From a virus, in the IMG/VR virus record IMGVR_UViG_3300025732_000030, positions 14,500 through 78,499 of that record: a DNA stretch of 64,000 nucleotides, one strand, 5' to 3'. Below are positions 39,901 through 48,624 of this stretch, one piece after another. Position 1 is the first letter of the stretch, and each line of letters begins with the position of its first letter. The notes below the pieces were generated by a model. The model was not told where the DNA came from. It was given only the letters and a program-made list of their open reading frames with translations, and did not search any database. The position numbers and the translations under genes were made by a program.

Positions 39901-42900
39901 AGTGTTATTAAGAAAAAAACACCGGGAGCTATCTAGAAACATGTATGATTATGATGTGGATAGTGATAGAGTACAAAAAGATCTTGACAATTTTCATAAT
40001 AGATTATTGGCCAAAGGAATAGACCCAGAAGCAGAGCCTAAAGAAGGAGAAACTAAAAATGAATATCAAAAACAGATTGATAAGTTCATACGGGCTAATT
40101 TTAAAACAGCTTATACATCTAAGTTTTATTCTGAAAGAAAAAGAATACTAAATGAGATTAGACAAATTACAGAAAAAGTTGCTAACAAAAAATCTCAGGT
40201 AGCTTTAGATTTAGCTGAGTTATATAAAACTAGATATAATTTATCAGTATCTACATCAGATGCAAATGGACAACCAAATGGTTTAAATCTTTCTCCCGAA
40301 CAAATTAATCTTTTAAAGAAAATAGAAGATGAAATAGTAATATTAGAAGAACAATTTAACAGAAAAACAGGATTAACAAAGGATCAAACAGCTAGATATG
40401 ATTCTTATATTGCAAAGGCAGCATCTGGAACTAAATTAACTGAAGAAGAAAAAAAAGATTATCTAGAAATACTTTCTGTTAAAAATGAAATGGGATTAAA
40501 TTCAACGGAACTAGCGGCACTTAAAGCTAGATTTGCTGAACTAAGAGAACTTGAAAGTAAAATACCTACAGATTATTATTTAGAAGCATTTAATTATGCA
40601 ATAAGGAATTTAGAACTTCCAGAAATTGATATGGATAATGCAGATAAGTGGATTAATTCAGATGACTTAACTAAAGCATTAGAAAATCCAGAATTTGCAA
40701 AATGGTTTGGTAGAAATCATTACCAAAAAGAAGTATTTGATTTGGATTTAAATCAGAAAGTTGTTAAAAATTTTAGAACAGCTGCTTGGAGTATGAAAGT
40801 TCCAAATAATTCTGATCATTTCTTTTCAACATCTATGATTGATCCATTAACAAAAGAAGAAATACAAATTCCAGGAAGACCAACAGGAAAATATACTAAA
40901 AGTAAAATAAAGAATGAGTTTCTAACCATGCCAAAAGGAGAAAATTGGGATAATTATGTAGGAACTATTATAGATAACAGAGGGAACTTTTTACCAAAAG
41001 AATACATAGTTGGTAATTCAGATTCAGCATTTGATAAAAAATATCAAAATGAAGAATATGAAGAAATAAAAAAGAATGGTGGCCCAGAGTTTCAGCTATT
41101 AAATGCAATAACTGAATCTATGTTACAAATTCAAAAAAATAAACCTGTTTCAAGTAGGTTATATTTAGAAATGCCAAGATTTAGAAAAAGAGGCAATTTA
41201 GAATATCTAATGACTGGGGAAACTAAAGAAAACATAGTAGAAAAAATTGGTGGATTTAAAGGTCTATGGAAAACATGGTTTGGTAGAGATATAGATGATG
41301 CAGAGTTTGGATTTAACCATGATCTTAATTATAATTTAGTAACTACAGATTTAGAAGGAAGGCCAGTTAATAGAGTTAAAATAAGGGGTTTATATAATTT
41401 AGAACAAAAACGTGTTTCTAAAGATGTATTGAGAGGTATGTATGACTATCTTTTGTCATTAGAAGAACAAAAAGTACTACTGGAAAATGAACCAATTGCT
41501 AAAGCTTTAGAAAGTGTTCTTGATAAAAATGGTGTAAAAGATCTAAATAGAGTTGATAGAGAAGAATATCGTAGAACTGGTAAAAAAGAATTCATTAAAA
41601 AAGAAGGAAATAGAAGACGTGATGTAATTAACCATATGGTTGAAAAAATCTTTTATGGTAAAATTGCTGGAGACTTTTCTGATGAACATCCAACAATAAC
41701 TAAAATTGTTCAAGGATTATTTAGAAGATCATCAAGAGCATTCATTGCATTTGACCCACAGTCAGCTATTAAAAACCGTTGGGGGATGCTTTATCAAAAT
41801 GCCATATATGCATCAGGTGGTAAAAATGTTACACCACTGTCATTAGCTAAGGGATATGCAAAAGCTAAGCAATCTGCAATGTACTGGGTTTTTAAAGATA
41901 TTTATGAACAAGGAATTAAATCAGCTGATATACAGTTAATAGAAAGAATGGACCCAACAGCAATGTTTGGTAAAAACTTTGGTAAATCATCTTCAAGATC
42001 AAAATTAAAAGACTTAGCAGATTTAACTTATGCTTATGACTTTAGAAGAACTATGGAACTTGAAGCAGCCATGGAAATGTTCTGGGGTATAATGTATAAT
42101 AAATATATTCCTCAAGCAGGTTCATCAGAAGATATTACTTATGCAGATGCATGGGAAACAGATGATAAGGGGATTTTAAAATTAAAAGATGGTATTGATC
42201 CAGCATATGATTATAAAAAAGTGGATCATGAATATAAATTTGGAGATACTTTTGAAAGTATTGGTAAAAGATATAATATAACTGCTGAACAAGTTAAACA
42301 AAGAAGTGGTATAACAGATATGTCAAAACTTGAACCTGGAGATAAAATTACTGTAGGTAATATGGAAGAATTTATAAATATGAAATTCTTACAACAAGGT
42401 ATACAAAAAAAGACAACAGGTTTAATGGATGTATTTGATACACCACAGGCTGAAAAATATTTAGTTTATCGAGCATTCACTTTTTATAAAAGATTTGCTA
42501 CAGGAATATTTCTTGACAAATATCAAATAGATACAACTAAAGGTAATAGAGGTGGTTATGTTTATAACTGGGATACTAATGCTTTAGATAAAGGTTATTA
42601 TACCAATACTTTACAAAATGTTTGGAGACTTATAAGATCTGTTGGTAAAGATTTGGCAATAATGACTGAAGATGAAAAAATAGCTACAAGAAAAATGATT
42701 ATAGAAAATATTGGTTATTTTTTAATAGCAATGATAATTGGTTCATGGTATTTTGGTTTTGACCCGGATGATGAGGACAAGTGGGACAAATTAAAAGCAA
42801 GAGGTACAACAACACAAGGACAACTTGAAAATCATCTCCTTTATCTTTTACTGATGACTAAAATGGAAAATGAAGCTTTTTCTCCTTTAGCTATTTATAC

Positions 42901-43177
42901 ACAAGGAACAAAATATTTTAAAACAACAACAATTGCACTAGATAATACAGTAGTGTTATATGGTAAAATTGCACAAGATCTTAAGAATATGGCAGAAGGT
43001 GATGATAATGAAGCTAGATATAGTCAAGATGTGGGGTCTTATTCTTGGCAAAAGAAAGGGTCATTAAAGCTTTGGAACCATCTTTTTTCAACTTATGGTA
43101 TTAAAGGTAAAAATGAAATAGAAGAAGGTGGTATTTGGTCTATTAAAAAATACCAAGCATTTGAAAATGCTGATTAA
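36977..43177 (+). CDS. Giant ejection protein 3: zincin, LysM domain, C-terminal TM helix
   Basis: 2066 aa. HEFAH (37907-37921). LysM-like HEYKFGDTFESIGKRYNIT...LEPGDKITV (42227-42356). Hydrophobic IGYFLIAMIIGSWYFGF (about 42710-42760). Confidence 0.8.
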   Translation: MSFCLNFGDPNVQKMVKDFGEVKVSNLIQEFFNSETPIYDDFIKNKNVKEALGLVPISKVKQEIGKSFPKEISGSQMISLKSAVSRKNNYNFSNKISVVYSLYNLEQIGQADLNTWGLRKVKGKLDIDGKIDRAKSRIVDAGQSNKPVSELENLIKTGAYIKPEFREKTPEELLYEQEARKIQEEDAKRAGVDYSDDYLFGRNSEGQLGVDPNITEAEFRRQADIVTKMAAVEEATADNFDVKKEKAIEVATKLADKLSEAMNVEWELVTPEAAEILLKNTPTEYAGEPAFFFGNKVYFVEGNLSLDNVLHEFAHPLIKGIEQENPELFDKLYTELSMTPEGLDVIAYIERVYPRLQKSTKAFMREALVTSIERKGTAPSSKFKKFLDKLMFAIKKIIRKVFSPQAAAKINLNKLSQSTTLDQLANMLANEEFEIETVDILDTDSAEFKKLENNISRRIAELKELPVEKLQEEINRIYDNNMRQLNSLKQVPFKVKDLLVKSGGTKILNYIREELSKYQTVNVRAEDIDPENVIRAVEDIEKETRLRALALINSLNEIKIFTESIEKILDDLSKVESQTNENISRVVYYKTSLQNQKDLIDNLKDIGLDKETLFFSTLNSIQNSIEKANKKIEEIEFKFISDFFTDETELMKGSVEKNLKERVGIILKAEGYSDVEIDKFINNVIDTKDRETYTLKDLGLTGVSSRRAKLVVKAVNEYMFKRLGKQQIEEYLKGQRGDISFFTGFITPYANMDDPISGSFTRFIKTKIFEAQQSAQDQADEITYKLLPLLNAVGYQPHKVDQLGDMLLFLDKVGYVDNNGDFQEKEVWTFKNKFKNYKYDLAKLQNDFAVARHNNDKQGMKDAYQAIQDFEEKYMHRKYTKAFYDIQKIWNTGSTVTDPFTGEEITVSPSVAFDAYVERQNQLSKMNTLKNVNFLDLEDLYDFNDSEEQARLEYNRLFDIYSLDGKPKQGEELQRVLLRKKHRELSRNMYDYDVDSDRVQKDLDNFHNRLLAKGIDPEAEPKEGETKNEYQKQIDKFIRANFKTAYTSKFYSERKRILNEIRQITEKVANKKSQVALDLAELYKTRYNLSVSTSDANGQPNGLNLSPEQINLLKKIEDEIVILEEQFNRKTGLTKDQTARYDSYIAKAASGTKLTEEEKKDYLEILSVKNEMGLNSTELAALKARFAELRELESKIPTDYYLEAFNYAIRNLELPEIDMDNADKWINSDDLTKALENPEFAKWFGRNHYQKEVFDLDLNQKVVKNFRTAAWSMKVPNNSDHFFSTSMIDPLTKEEIQIPGRPTGKYTKSKIKNEFLTMPKGENWDNYVGTIIDNRGNFLPKEYIVGNSDSAFDKKYQNEEYEEIKKNGGPEFQLLNAITESMLQIQKNKPVSSRLYLEMPRFRKRGNLEYLMTGETKENIVEKIGGFKGLWKTWFGRDIDDAEFGFNHDLNYNLVTTDLEGRPVNRVKIRGLYNLEQKRVSKDVLRGMYDYLLSLEEQKVLLENEPIAKALESVLDKNGVKDLNRVDREEYRRTGKKEFIKKEGNRRRDVINHMVEKIFYGKIAGDFSDEHPTITKIVQGLFRRSSRAFIAFDPQSAIKNRWGMLYQNAIYASGGKNVTPLSLAKGYAKAKQSAMYWVFKDIYEQGIKSADIQLIERMDPTAMFGKNFGKSSSRSKLKDLADLTYAYDFRRTMELEAAMEMFWGIMYNKYIPQAGSSEDITYADAWETDDKGILKLKDGIDPAYDYKKVDHEYKFGDTFESIGKRYNITAEQVKQRSGITDMSKLEPGDKITVGNMEEFINMKFLQQGIQKKTTGLMDVFDTPQAEKYLVYRAFTFYKRFATGIFLDKYQIDTTKGNRGGYVYNWDTNALDKGYYTNTLQNVWRLIRSVGKDLAIMTEDEKIATRKMIIENIGYFLIAMIIGSWYFGFDPDDEDKWDKLKARGTTTQGQLENHLLYLLLMTKMENEAFSPLAIYTQGTKYFKTTTIALDNTVVLYGKIAQDLKNMAEGDDNEARYSQDVGSYSWQKKGSLKLWNHLFSTYGIKGKNEIEEGGIWSIKKYQAFENAD

Positions 43178-43181
43178 AAAT

Positions 43182-43210
43182 AAAAGGGAAGATTATTTCT
43201 TCCCTTTTTT
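43182..43210. terminator. Bidirectional intrinsic terminator between convergent arms
   Basis: Perfect inverted repeat aaaagggaaga-ttatt-tcttccctttt with A-tract on the left and T-tract on the right, at the strand switch. Confidence 0.85.
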
Positions 43211-43384
43211 AACTTTTTTAAATTTACTTATATCAACTCCTACAAGTTCACTTGTATTAAGTTTAAACTTACCAAGTGTACCTTCTTTATCCTTGCTTAC
43301 AAGAACATAGCCATTATTTTCTGATACAAAGTTGATATATAATTCTTGGCCATTGAATTCAATTTTCATTTTTTTATTTTTCAT
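43193..43384 (-). CDS. Small hypothetical protein
   Basis: 63 aa ORF filling the gap between two terminators. Its stop codon lies in the terminator loop. Confidence 0.5.
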   Translation of the reverse strand: MKNKKMKIEFNGQELYINFVSENNGYVLVSKDKEGTLGKFKLNTSELVGVDISKFKKVKKGKK

Positions 43385-43404
43385 AAGATTTATAATATAA
43401 AGTT

Positions 43405-43438
43405 AAAAAAAATAGGGGAACAGCCTAAGCCATTCCCC
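43405..43438 (-). terminator. Intrinsic terminator, cUUAGg-loop hairpin plus U-tract
   Basis: The minus strand reads GGGGAAUGGC-UUAG-GCUGUUCCCC then UAUUUUUUUU. The G-U pairs only work on the minus strand. Confidence 0.8.
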
Positions 43439-43474
43439 CATCTTTGTTGTTATTTATTACCCCTTTTGGGATCT

Positions 43475-44671
43475 TTAGAAAAAGTCTGATGAATCATCAT
43501 CATCATCTTCTTCAATATCAAATATTAGGTCATCTAAGTTAGCATCTTCTGATGCATCTTTTTCATCTGACTTAATTAACTCTAATTCAACAGCATCTCT
43601 TTCTTCAGGAGATACTTCTAGACTCATGTGAGATGCATTTTCACCTGTATACTCTTGATTCTCATCAGCCTCATATCCTGGGAAACTTTCTTCTGTCTCT
43701 GATCCTTCTAATGGAAGATCCATCCAATCATTAAGATCTTCTTCTTCATCTTCAGGATCTACACTATCTACAACAGGAGCTTCAAAAGTATTTCCAATCG
43801 GATCAGTATAAGTAACAACTATATCTGACTGAGCTTCTTCTGCTTCTGCAATAGCAATTAGATCTAGTAAATTTGTTTGATTAGGATCAATTACATCTTC
43901 CTCAGCTTCAACAACTACAGGAATAGGCGTAATTACCTGTGCAGGTGCAGTGCACTGTTGAAAGTTATTAACAGTTGATATAAAATAATGCAAGACACGT
44001 TGATCTTCCATCCAAGTTTTAGGATGTGAATGCTGTAAAGCAATTGTAACATAATTATAAAATGCCCACAAACTATTACTGTCGTCATATACATGACTTG
44101 GTCTGTCCATTTGTTGTCTTATAATACTAGCTTGCTCTGTAGTAAGAATCTGATACTCAGCAAACAAGATACCCAATAACTGAGCTTGTTTTCTCTTGTT
44201 TAATGTGATATCTTTCATAGAGTCTTTGTCTGCACAAAGTTGGTTATAATACATGTTAGCATTAGCTATTTGATCTTGTATGGTTTTAATTGTCTCTTCA
44301 TCTGCAGTTCCAGTATGTTTACGAGCCCAACTTCCCATGTCTCCACATACCATAGATGTTCCTGTCAGATTAATATAGGCACCCACACCACACTTAAATC
44401 TTACTTGTTTGTTATAACTGTTTGTCCATGCAAACATCATAGATAGCTCAGGGTCATTATTAAAATTTAATTTATAAATTCCGTGAGCAATTTGTCCATC
44501 AGCAGTACATCTGTACTCTTCACTGACAACACCAAAACCTGCAGCAGCAAGCTCAGTATATACATAATCAATTACTGATTGGTGACTAATTACAGTGTAA
44601 GTAGCACCATGATTTGGTAAATCCACACTAACTAAGTGTGCTTTTGTACATTCGGCAATTTTCTTTGGCAT
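43475..44671 (-). CDS. DUF932-like phage protein with long acidic C-terminal tail
   Basis: TYTVISH...NSYNKQVRF..GVG...SLWAFYN.VT.ALQH pattern. The likely start is MPKKI at 44671, right after the PolB stop, rather than 44707. Confidence 0.65.
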   Translation of the reverse strand: MPKKIAECTKAHLVSVDLPNHGATYTVISHQSVIDYVYTELAAAGFGVVSEEYRCTADGQIAHGIYKLNFNNDPELSMMFAWTNSYNKQVRFKCGVGAYINLTGTSMVCGDMGSWARKHTGTADEETIKTIQDQIANANMYYNQLCADKDSMKDITLNKRKQAQLLGILFAEYQILTTEQASIIRQQMDRPSHVYDDSNSLWAFYNYVTIALQHSHPKTWMEDQRVLHYFISTVNNFQQCTAPAQVITPIPVVVEAEEDVIDPNQTNLLDLIAIAEAEEAQSDIVVTYTDPIGNTFEAPVVDSVDPEDEEEDLNDWMDLPLEGSETEESFPGYEADENQEYTGENASHMSLEVSPEERDAVELELIKSDEKDASEDANLDDLIFDIEEDDDDDSSDFF

Positions 44672-44672
44672 T

Positions 44673-46571
44673 TTAAAATAATTTATATTGTGTAACAATA
44701 GGCTCAAGATCTCTTATTTCTTTATTGATCTTGTCCAAATAATAATCATAATTAATATCATATTCAGTAAATGGCTTTTCTTTATAGTTAATTAATAAAG
44801 TTTGTAACCATCTACCTGCTTCTATTTGTATTTCCCGGTTATCAGTATTATTTTTCTTAATAACCTTTGTACCTGTATTAGATATAAAATACCTGATAGT
44901 ATGCTGTAGTTTTTCAATTAAATATTCCCCGTCAACAATTTTATGTTGATAAAAGTTCCAGTCTCCTTTGATTTTTACACCACCACAGAAGTCAAATATA
45001 TCTGTGTTAGATTTAATATAATCCTCGGGTTTAATTCCATCTACAAAATATGCATGGATAGCTTTAGGAACAACTAAGAAACTTTTGTTTTTATGCATTG
45101 CTAGATTAGCAAACTCAAACCTACCCTTGCATTTAGACTTACCTTCTTCTGTTATAGCAATGTAATTATTTACATCACCTAAAATAACCTTGGAATATTT
45201 ATCATGTTCTAGTTGTAGATTAGTAATCTTCTCCCATCTTTTACAAATCTCCATATACTTATCTACATACTGTCTAGGGATCATAGTCTCTAAACCATCT
45301 GTGTTTTGCATAAGTGGCAAAGCATTTGGTATTTCCTCACAGATCATCTCATACAACATAGTAAGACTAAGTTGACCATTGATGGTAATTCTCATAGTAA
45401 ACTCTGGGTCATACAAGAAACTATTCTCATCATTGCTGAGCCCATAAGTTGAATTTAGTATAATCTTATATACATAGTTCTTAGGATCTTTCTTCGGGAT
45501 CTTTTTTCTTTCTTCAAAGAACCATTCATACAGATTACAAAACTCTTGTTCAGGCAAATGTGCCGGGGCCCATTTATTTCTAATAGCAAGATTAGGATAG
45601 AAACTAGTAACGTCAGACGTCATTATTATCATATCTTCATTAGATGAATATACTTTAGTAGCTCTAGCTCCATGAATACCACCAAGACCATAATCTGTTT
45701 TGACACCTTTATACTGTACAGAATATTTAAAACCACCTTTTGTTTCTCCTGGATATAATACTACATCCTGAAACTTTTTCAGAAGATTCTGAAAGGTAGC
45801 TGTTTTAAACTCTATATAAGGTAGTATAATGTCTTTAACAGTTATTTTAGTTCTGATAGTTCTCATTTTCCGCAACTCAAACTTTCTTATCCCCGTCTGT
45901 TTTGTTAAAAAATGTAAAAATAATTCTTTAGATATTCTTGGTTCAGATGCAGAATATAAATCTATCCCATATTCATCTGTCAATTGTCTACGCAAGTCTA
46001 TCTGATCTTTACAGAGATGCATTATTTTCTTAGTAGATTTAACATCATTAATACAATATCTGATTATCTCAGGTATTTGTTCTGCTGTAACTTCAGTAGT
46101 GTGATGAATAGGCATGTCAATAATGTTATGCCAGTCCATAGTAAACTGAATCCACTTTAAACTTGATCTCTTAGCATTGTTGTCCCAATGGTTTAGTTTA
46201 AAAACATCTAGTTGTCTGATGCTTAAATCTCTAGGAGAATACTCCTGAAACTCTCCATTGTTACTTCTGTTAATTACATCTTGAGCTTTATTATATAAAA
46301 ATCTAGCAATAGTATTGCCAGACTGTTCTAATAACTGCTCTTTATTTCTTAAAATGTGCTCGGTGATTTGGCTATCAAAGCCAAGACCATTGAAACTTAC
46401 ATGCCACTCATCATAAGCAATGTTTCTTTCTAGAAATGTAACCAGTTCTAGAATATCATTTTTACTTTCATGAATAGTAAAGATTTCTTGGTCTTCAGAT
46501 TTTACTCCTTCAAAGCATGCAATAAAGCAGTTGCTTAAGGTTTCAAAATCCATTACATAGTGTTGTCTCAT
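44673..46571 (-). CDS. polB: Family B DNA polymerase with 3'-5' exonuclease
   Basis: ExoI DFET, ExoII FNGLGFD, ExoIII YCINDV. Polymerase motifs SDVTSFYP, KIILNSTYG and NTDG. Confidence 0.93.
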   Translation of the reverse strand: MRQHYVMDFETLSNCFIACFEGVKSEDQEIFTIHESKNDILELVTFLERNIAYDEWHVSFNGLGFDSQITEHILRNKEQLLEQSGNTIARFLYNKAQDVINRSNNGEFQEYSPRDLSIRQLDVFKLNHWDNNAKRSSLKWIQFTMDWHNIIDMPIHHTTEVTAEQIPEIIRYCINDVKSTKKIMHLCKDQIDLRRQLTDEYGIDLYSASEPRISKELFLHFLTKQTGIRKFELRKMRTIRTKITVKDIILPYIEFKTATFQNLLKKFQDVVLYPGETKGGFKYSVQYKGVKTDYGLGGIHGARATKVYSSNEDMIIMTSDVTSFYPNLAIRNKWAPAHLPEQEFCNLYEWFFEERKKIPKKDPKNYVYKIILNSTYGLSNDENSFLYDPEFTMRITINGQLSLTMLYEMICEEIPNALPLMQNTDGLETMIPRQYVDKYMEICKRWEKITNLQLEHDKYSKVILGDVNNYIAITEEGKSKCKGRFEFANLAMHKNKSFLVVPKAIHAYFVDGIKPEDYIKSNTDIFDFCGGVKIKGDWNFYQHKIVDGEYLIEKLQHTIRYFISNTGTKVIKKNNTDNREIQIEAGRWLQTLLINYKEKPFTEYDINYDYYLDKINKEIRDLEPIVTQYKLF

Positions 46572-46605
46572 AATAAATTCAGTTAAGCTGTTTCCCCGTA
46601 TAATA

Positions 46606-46638
46606 TCACATGGGGCAACCTAAGCCACCCCATAGTGA
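46606..46638 (-). promoter_or_regulatory. RNA hairpin (cUUAGg loop) in the polB leader
   Basis: The minus strand reads UCAC-U-AUGGGGUGGC-UUAG-GUUGCCCCAU-GUGA, with no U-tract. Confidence 0.65.
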
Positions 46639-46644
46639 CCTAAA

Positions 46645-47007
46645 TTACTTTTGTTTTTCAGAGTCAGTCATAAAAGACTTGTAGTCAAACTTCTTGGCGT
46701 TAATAGCAAAGTGCTCTACTATCTCTGTGATAGCTGTTACATCTTCAATATAAAACTCTTGGAAGACTTCAATCTTATGTCTGTCTTGTTTGGTGCCTTT
46801 AGCTCCCGTGATTACTTGCCCATACTCATCTAACTTAGGAAGCATATGTAAAGTATGCTTAGTAGTTTTAGAGATAATAACAAATACTTTTGTCCCGGGA
46901 TCAAAAATACACTCTACATAAGGGCATGATTCTGTAATAGGAATCATTCTAAAGGTTTGGCTTTCTTGCCAGCTAGATTGAACTAGCATCATTGATTTTT
47001 CACTCAT
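46645..47007 (-). CDS. Hypothetical protein
   Basis: 120 aa co-oriented ORF with globular composition (CPYVECIFDP, HMLPKLD). Confidence 0.75.
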   Translation of the reverse strand: MSEKSMMLVQSSWQESQTFRMIPITESCPYVECIFDPGTKVFVIISKTTKHTLHMLPKLDEYGQVITGAKGTKQDRHKIEVFQEFYIEDVTAITEIVEHFAINAKKFDYKSFMTDSEKQK

Positions 47008-47036
47008 TGTTGGTTTTTTTATAAATTTAATACAAA

Positions 47037-47603
47037 TTAATCTAGAATTCTTATATTTTCCAAATCTGCAACCTGAATTAATAAATTTTCTTTATCAAAA
47101 TCTGGTTTATCACACAATTCCACTACATCTTTTAGCAAATCTGGTTTTACACCTAACAGCTCTGCATATCTTTCATACCATTTATTTGGATATAAAAAGC
47201 TATGCACATAGACATAGTTCCCACTATTTTTCTCAAAGAAATCTAGGATTTTGATTTTAATTTTATTGTCAAATTTACTGAATCTTCCTTCAAAAAACAT
47301 TTGCCAATTTTCTTGGTGATCTGAAAAATCAAATATAAATACACTGGTGGTTTCATTTACTTTTACGTAATCATATAATCTTGTATGTTTTAATAAAACA
47401 TTAGTCTCAAAAGTTGTATACTCTGAGTCTGTTCTTGTTTTATATACACACACTAATTTCATATCCTCGGGAGAATATTTTTCATTCCAACTAACATAAG
47501 TTTCATCTGGAATAACACTTGTCCCCCTTTTAATGCCCAAGAGCGGATATAAGAATATCTTGGACTTTTGAAAATATTTACCGTACAGTGTATTAATTAC
47601 CAT
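47037..47603 (-). CDS. Hypothetical protein
   Basis: 188 aa ORF tightly packed after the nuclease gene. Confidence 0.75.
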   Translation of the reverse strand: MVINTLYGKYFQKSKIFLYPLLGIKRGTSVIPDETYVSWNEKYSPEDMKLVCVYKTRTDSEYTTFETNVLLKHTRLYDYVKVNETTSVFIFDFSDHQENWQMFFEGRFSKFDNKIKIKILDFFEKNSGNYVYVHSFLYPNKWYERYAELLGVKPDLLKDVVELCDKPDFDKENLLIQVADLENIRILD

Positions 47604-47607
47604 AAAT

Positions 47608-48624
47608 CTACAATTTTACATTACCAAACACTAAATCATATGGCAGTGTAAAGTCTTTGTTTTCATAATGATATTTAACCATATCACCTACATCATCAAA
47701 GTCTTGTTGCCATATGGCCATTGTCTCTCTTGAGACTTGAAAAGGATAAGCTTGGTTGTATTTGTCTATTACAATAAATGTAAAGTACAACGTCCACTCA
47801 GCCAAATCTGGTAAATCTTTTAGAAATTTATGAAAAACAAGTTTCTCATATACTACTGCCTGAATCCAATATTTATAATACTGCACTGATTCAGGAAACT
47901 CTAAAAGAGATTTACCTGTAGTCTTAAGGTCATTGATAAATATTGTTTTAGATTCTCTATCTATAACAAGATTATCTATTACTCCCTTAAAACCATATGG
48001 TAGATAATCCACGTCAACCTTCACTGGCAACTCACTATACACCTCTATGTGGTCATCTGTTTCAGCCCTATCAAATTGTAGTAATTGTCTTATGTCTTTA
48101 TTAGACTTAAGAACCTCAACACTTACTTTACAGCCATCTAAAGTAGGTTGATCTACTACCGTTTTATCACGGGCTTCTTTAAGAAAATTAAAGTATTGTT
48201 TGTTTTCCTCTGTAAGTATCTTATCAAGTCTCTGTTGATCTGTCTTAAGTGTTTGGTAGAGATTAGCTGTGAGTAGCTCTATAAGTATATCTGCTGAGTA
48301 GTCTTCCAAAGATAGAGAATTATTTTCAATTGACAAGTGTGTCCTGAAAATATTATCAATTATTTTTTTCTGACTATCAGTTGGTAGTTTTCCCGGCATG
48401 CTTGTAAAATAATCATCATACTTATCCTCTTCAAACAAGAGACAGTGTATGACCCTACCTGCTACCAGGTGAGGGCCAACACTATCTTCTCTTCTGTTGA
48501 GCACATAATGATTATAGAAAGCTACGGGAGAATAAAGAAGTTTACTTATACTAGAATAGCTAAAGTAAAACTTTTCTTTATAGAATTTTTCTAGTTCTTC
48601 AGAACCATTCAAAGTCATCTCCAT
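47608..48624 (-). CDS. PD-(D/E)XK exonuclease (RecB/RecE-like)
   Basis: FSYSSIS, GRVIHCLL, E..., KGVIDNL, INDLKTT and YWIQAVVY motifs. Confidence 0.85.
   Translation of the reverse strand: MEMTLNGSEELEKFYKEKFYFSYSSISKLLYSPVAFYNHYVLNRREDSVGPHLVAGRVIHCLLFEEDKYDDYFTSMPGKLPTDSQKKIIDNIFRTHLSIENNSLSLEDYSADILIELLTANLYQTLKTDQQRLDKILTEENKQYFNFLKEARDKTVVDQPTLDGCKVSVEVLKSNKDIRQLLQFDRAETDDHIEVYSELPVKVDVDYLPYGFKGVIDNLVIDRESKTIFINDLKTTGKSLLEFPESVQYYKYWIQAVVYEKLVFHKFLKDLPDLAEWTLYFTFIVIDKYNQAYPFQVSRETMAIWQQDFDDVGDMVKYHYENKDFTLPYDLVFGNVKL

Noticed and set aside
47033-47064. Minus-strand host-type promoter TTTG-N20-TTAATTTG
   Set aside because: It mismatches the conserved TA of the -7 element in very AT-rich sequence, which is too weak to call.
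47608-48624. Cas4 / CRISPR association of the nuclease
   Set aside because: It lacks the four-Cys Fe-S cluster pattern and sits in a replication operon.
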